NCBI RefSeq assembly: GCF_006345805.1
Contig: NW_021835036.1
Location: forward strand, 1 to 43,465
DNA: 43,465 nucleotides
Direction: 5' to 3'
Source: Octopus sinensis
Lineage: Eukaryota
The translations under genes and the position numbers were made by a program. The notes under the pieces are model-generated. The model did no database searches, was not told the DNA's origin, and saw only the letters and a program-made list of their open reading frames with translations. The number at the start of each line of letters is the position of its first letter. Position 1 is the first letter of the stretch. Below, piece by piece: positions 39,271 through 43,465 of this stretch.

Positions 39271-39715
39271 TAGATAGATACATACTCGTAGATATGTACA
39301 CACCACATCATATTACGTTGAAACATGTATAGAAACAGAAAAGTATTCTTAAAATTGTTCGCATGCATGTATGTATGCATACATATTAGTAATGATATTT
39401 ATCTATGTAAACCTTCTGTCATATCATGAATCGCGATGTACTCATCACCAGAAATATAGGCACGATCACCTTCTCCTCTTTCTCTTTCTCTCGCTCTTTC
39501 CCTTACTCAAGTCCTTCCACTGCGTTCGTTTCTTGCTTTGTTTCTGTTTCTCCTTCGAGTACGCCAACGTCTTTTCTATTTTACAGGCAATACTGGGGTC
39601 CTATAGATTTCATTGGTTGATGATGGGACTTTATCAATGATACTTAACCAATTTACAGGGGAGAAATGATCGCTATATGAGATAAATAATGAATAATAAG
39701 TAATCGTTTTCTACT

Positions 39716-39905
39716 CTGCGCACAGGCACGAACATTTTTGTGAGGGTAACAGTTGATTAGATCGACACAGTACGCAACTGGTACTTAATTTATCGACCCC
39801 AAAATGATGAAAAGCAAACTGGACCTCGGCGGAATTTGAACGCAGACGAAATACCGCTAAGCATTTCGGCCAAGCTCGCTAACGTTACTGCCAGCTCGCC
39901 GCCTT
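39716..39905 (-). mobile_element. tRNA-derived SINE family A
   Basis: Reverse complement aaggcggcgagctggcagtaacgttagc...ttcaaattccgccgaggtc...gtcgataaattaagtaccagttgcgtac. Confidence 0.9.
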
Positions 39906-39920
39906 ATAAATAATAAACAA

Positions 39921-40200
39921 GGACGCACATATTCGTATCGGTGGAGCGTGGAGCTCACAATACCGAAGTAGGGAGTTCCATTCCCAGACCGGGATCTATG
40001 TTGTTTTCTTGATGAACAAACTTTATTTTACGATGCTCTAGTTCACTGAAATTTAAAATATCGGTGGCGTTGAGAGGAGAAGATGGTATGCATGATTGAT
40101 TGCTGGTCTTCCATAAACAAACTTGCCCGATTTGTGTCTCGGATGGTAAATTTGAAGGTACTATCCCTTGTCATTCATGACTGAAGATTGTCCTTACCCT
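39921..40200 (+). mobile_element. tRNA-derived SINE (family C-like head), degraded
   Basis: cggtggagcgtggagctcacaat..gggagttccattcccagaccggg..gttgttttcttga resembles the head and central domain of the 32385 copy. Confidence 0.65.
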
Positions 40201-40221
40201 ATACATACATATGTACATACA

Positions 40222-40315
<94 letters not shown>

Positions 40316-40324
40316 CAACAATTG

Positions 40325-40765
40325 AGGGTAAAAATTAATTAATTATCAATTTCACCAAGTATTCAGTATGCAAAGGACCATTTAAGGCGAATTCAAATTA
40401 TTACATTATATAAAAGGGCTTAGTAAAATAAATTACTTTGCCGCATACTGAACTCATTAGAAATAGCAGCTAAAAAAACTTTTTTAAAACTATTTCTAAT
40501 ACTTAAAGAAAACCTCTCTCATATAGTGTTTGCTCAATTCAACTCACGAAAGTATGGGGGTAGAGACATTAAAAAAATCATTTGCATTTGATTTTTTAAT
40601 GTCTCTACCCCCATACTTTCGTGAGTTGAATTGAGCAAACACTATATGAGAGAGGTTTTCTTTAAGTATTAGAAATAGTTTTAAAAAAGTTTTTTTAGCT
40701 GCTATTTCTAATGAGTTCAGTATGCGGCAAAGTAATTTATTTTACTAAGCCCTTTTATATAATGT
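40325..40765. mobile_element. Foldback repeat with a 363-bp near-perfect palindrome (probable Penelope-like terminus)
   Basis: 40403-40580 and 40589-40765 are reverse complements except for one A/T-run indel; 8-nt spacer tttgcatt; same family as 21055-21386. Confidence 0.7.
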
Positions 40766-40775
40766 TATATATATA

Positions 40776-40820
<45 letters not shown>

Positions 40821-40933
40821 ACGGGAAACTCTGATAAACAGCTTTTGTTATATTTCTGCTGCATATTACTCTAACTCTGGTATTTGAGTACTCTTTTTGT
40901 CTACCTTGTTTCACATTTATGTCCTTACTCCGG
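40821..40933 (+). mobile_element. Second copy of the hammerhead-bearing Penelope-like terminus, core truncated
   Basis: acgggaaactctgataaacagc..catattactctaactctggtatttgagtact..ccttgtttcacatttatg aligns to the reverse complement of 2281-2400. Confidence 0.7.
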
Positions 40934-41011
40934 ATATACATACATACATACATACGTACATACATTATATATATATGGTGTGTGTGTATATATATATAAA
41001 TATATCCTATA

Positions 41012-41057
<46 letters not shown>

Positions 41058-41897
41058 ATATATATATAGCAAGGTCATAGTTACGTGAATGTTGACATCT
41101 CGTTGGATTTTGAATGTTTTTCCGCACATTGCGTTTCATGTATTCATCTGATAAAAGTGGTTTTTTTTTTCGCTAATGCTGTCACCATTAATCAATTAAA
41201 AGTTCTTTGAAAACTGCTGTAGTGAATTAACACATTATCTATCCGTTGTTATTCATTCATTTGTTATTCACCTCTCTTGGAACCTGCACCGTGCGTAGCT
41301 CCGAAGTATATTCAGGACCGTGCATTTAGAGCAATGAGCGCTTCATGGTTAGCCTCAGACCTATTGAGATGCTCAGTCGGGTAGAGTTGACCATGTACTT
41401 GACCTGAATGTCTTTCTGTTTGTAAATTCGGTACCCACATATGTATTCTTCTGTTTTTGTTGTATACATATTTTTACTACTCTATCCGACCACGTGCCTA
41501 AAATGACGTGAATCCTGATCTGTTATATATGTATATGTGTGTGTGTGCGTGTCTACGTGCGTGAGTGTATGCGTGTGTACTTGTGAGCGCGCACGTGCGC
41601 ATGTCTGTGTGTGAATATAAATTCCGCCAACCATATGAAAGACCTACAATAAACATGGTCAAATACTTATTGAATTGAAGTAAGAATTAAAGGAAGTAAA
41701 ACAATCCGTTCAAAATGTTATGCTGCGTTATCTGTGCACAAATTTTTGTAATGTATTTCATTTATTTCGTAAATATTCTAAAATGCTTCTACATCGATTT
41801 CTCTTCCACTTTACTGACAGCATATTGACATCACGTGCATTTGTTGTATGACTTATTACATGTATGCCTTCTATAGGTATGACTTATTAGTTGTATT

Positions 41898-42130
41898 CAA
41901 TGGCCCAGTGGTTAGGGCAGCGGACTTGCGGTTGGAGGATCATGCTTTCGATTTTTATTGCGGAGGATCGTGGCAACCCCAGTTGTGCTCTTTCGCCCCA
42001 ACTTTCATTCACTCTCTCTTCCTGTTCCTTGAGTAACGATGCGATGGACTGGGGTCCCGTCCAACTGGGGGGAACACATACGCCACAGAAACCGCGAAAA
42101 TGAGCCTGACTAGGCTTGAAAAGGGCGAAG
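41898..42130 (+). mobile_element. tRNA-derived SINE family C, variant
   Basis: caatggcccagtggttagggcagcggac..tttcgatt.. head, and 3' gcgatggactggggtcccgtccaact..cacagaaaccg..gactaggcttgaaaagggc shared with 32385-32630. Confidence 0.8.
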
Positions 42131-42794
42131 GTATTCCTTTGTATTATTTGTATGCCTTCTAGAATATATATTCCCATTGTTTAATAGCGAAATGTCAAAC
42201 GTCACAATGACGTACAGCGATAGTTCACAGTCGTTTATATTATGCCTTAATATTATGCTTTATTTTATGCCCAATATACAGCTGGTATTTATATTTCTGA
42301 CCTCAAAATCAGTGATAAATTGCTAAGTTGACATCAGCGCAAATTTGAACACGTTTTTACGAAATGAAGCTCTTCACCTTATGTCAAAAACCCGTTTGTT
42401 TATTAAGTGTTATTTATTCCAGGACGGCATCCGAATAGATATCAGCTCCATCATAAATCACCAAACCTATGTGAAATCAATAGTTATTATGCTTGTACTT
42501 GCGTGTTACCTGTCGAATGATTGTAAGGTTAAAAAATAACCTTTTAACATCATTGTAAAACTAAGAAATACGGCATACATAGAGTAATTGCCGTTTGTAT
42601 ATATTATGAAGTTTCTTGGAACTTAAGCAAAATGGTTAAATGTAGAATAATTTCCAAAGAACAACATTTCTAGATTCAAACTAAAATGAACTGAAACAAG
42701 TTTCAGGTTTGTATAAATCTTGCCGTGTTTTTTTTTTTTTTTCTTCGTTTCTCCGTCTTCCCTTCATCCTCCTCCTCCATGGTTCTTTCTCCTT

Positions 42795-43019
42795 AATAAT
42801 AAGTCTTTCTAATAAAGACACAAGGCCTGAAATTTGCGGGGAGAGAACCATCAAATTCATCGGCCCCAGTGTTTCACTTGTACTGAAGTTCTCGACCCCG
42901 AAAGGATTAAGGGGCAAAGTTGACCACGGTAGAATTTTAACTTTGACTATAAAGACGGATGAAAAACCGCTAAACTTTTTTGGCATTCTGTGATAACGAT
43001 TCTGCCATCTCGCTGCCTT
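42795..43019 (-). mobile_element. tRNA-derived SINE family A, full length
   Basis: Reverse complement aaggcagcgagatggcagaatcgttatc...ggtcaactttgcc..cctttcggggtcgag..caaatttcaggccttgtg..tattaa. Confidence 0.85.
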
Positions 43020-43025
43020 AATTGT

Positions 43026-43465
43026 GCGTTAGCGAGCTGGGCGTAATGCTTAACGGTATTTCGTCTGCCGTTTCGTTCAGAGTTCAAATTCCGCCGAGGT
43101 CGACTTTGCCTTCCATCCTTTCAGGTTGTATTACATGAGTACCAGTTACGCACTGGAGTCGATATAATCGATTTAATCCGTTTGTCTCTCCTTGTTTGTC
43201 CTCTCTGTGTGTAACCCCTTGTGGGTAGTAAAGAAATAGGTATTTCGTCTGCCGTTACGTTCTGAGTTCAAATTCCACCGAGGTCGACTCTGTCTTTCAT
43301 CCTTTCAGGTAGTATTAAATGAGTACCAGTTACGCACTGGAGTCGATATAATCGATTTAATCCGTTTGTCTCTCCTTGTTTGTCCTTTCTGTGTTTAGCC
43401 CCTTGTGTGTAGTAAAGAAATAGGTATTTCGTCTGCCGCTACGTTCTGAGTTCAAATTCCACCGA
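43026..43465 (+). mobile_element. SINE family A head-to-tail array, 184-bp period, running off the window end
   Basis: ggtatttcgtctgccg recurs at 43055, 43239 and 43423; the units are nearly identical. Confidence 0.92.

Noticed and set aside
40705-40750. Hammerhead-like CTAATGA...AAAG in the palindrome arm
   Set aside because: G5 and G12 are absent, and stem I cannot form.

Overview
AT-rich eukaryotic DNA saturated with (TA)n/(CA)n/(TCTA)n/(AAT)n microsatellites and decayed transposons. The SINE families and repeat landscape look like a coleoid cephalopod, most likely Octopus; this is recognition from memory, not a database search. Almost every entry in the supplied ORF track is a microsatellite artefact, and no known host gene could be identified with confidence. 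Supported features: a near full-length DD37D Tc1/mariner relic, a double-5'-ended mariner derivative, two MITE-like elements, CR1/L2-type and RTE-type LINE fragments, about a dozen tRNA-derived SINE copies, an (AAT)n-embedded repeat in three copies, and three Penelope-like foldbacks. One foldback carries a head-to-head pair of minimal hammerhead ribozyme motifs and another is a 363-bp almost perfect palindrome. The most interesting non-TE signal is at 18.8-19.9 kb: a spliced, Cys-rich, 23-aa tandem-repeat gene remnant with two nonsense codons. A 40-bp piece of it recurs, inverted and apparently more ancestral, inside the mariner 2.3 kb downstream. Several candidate exons elsewhere are low confidence.
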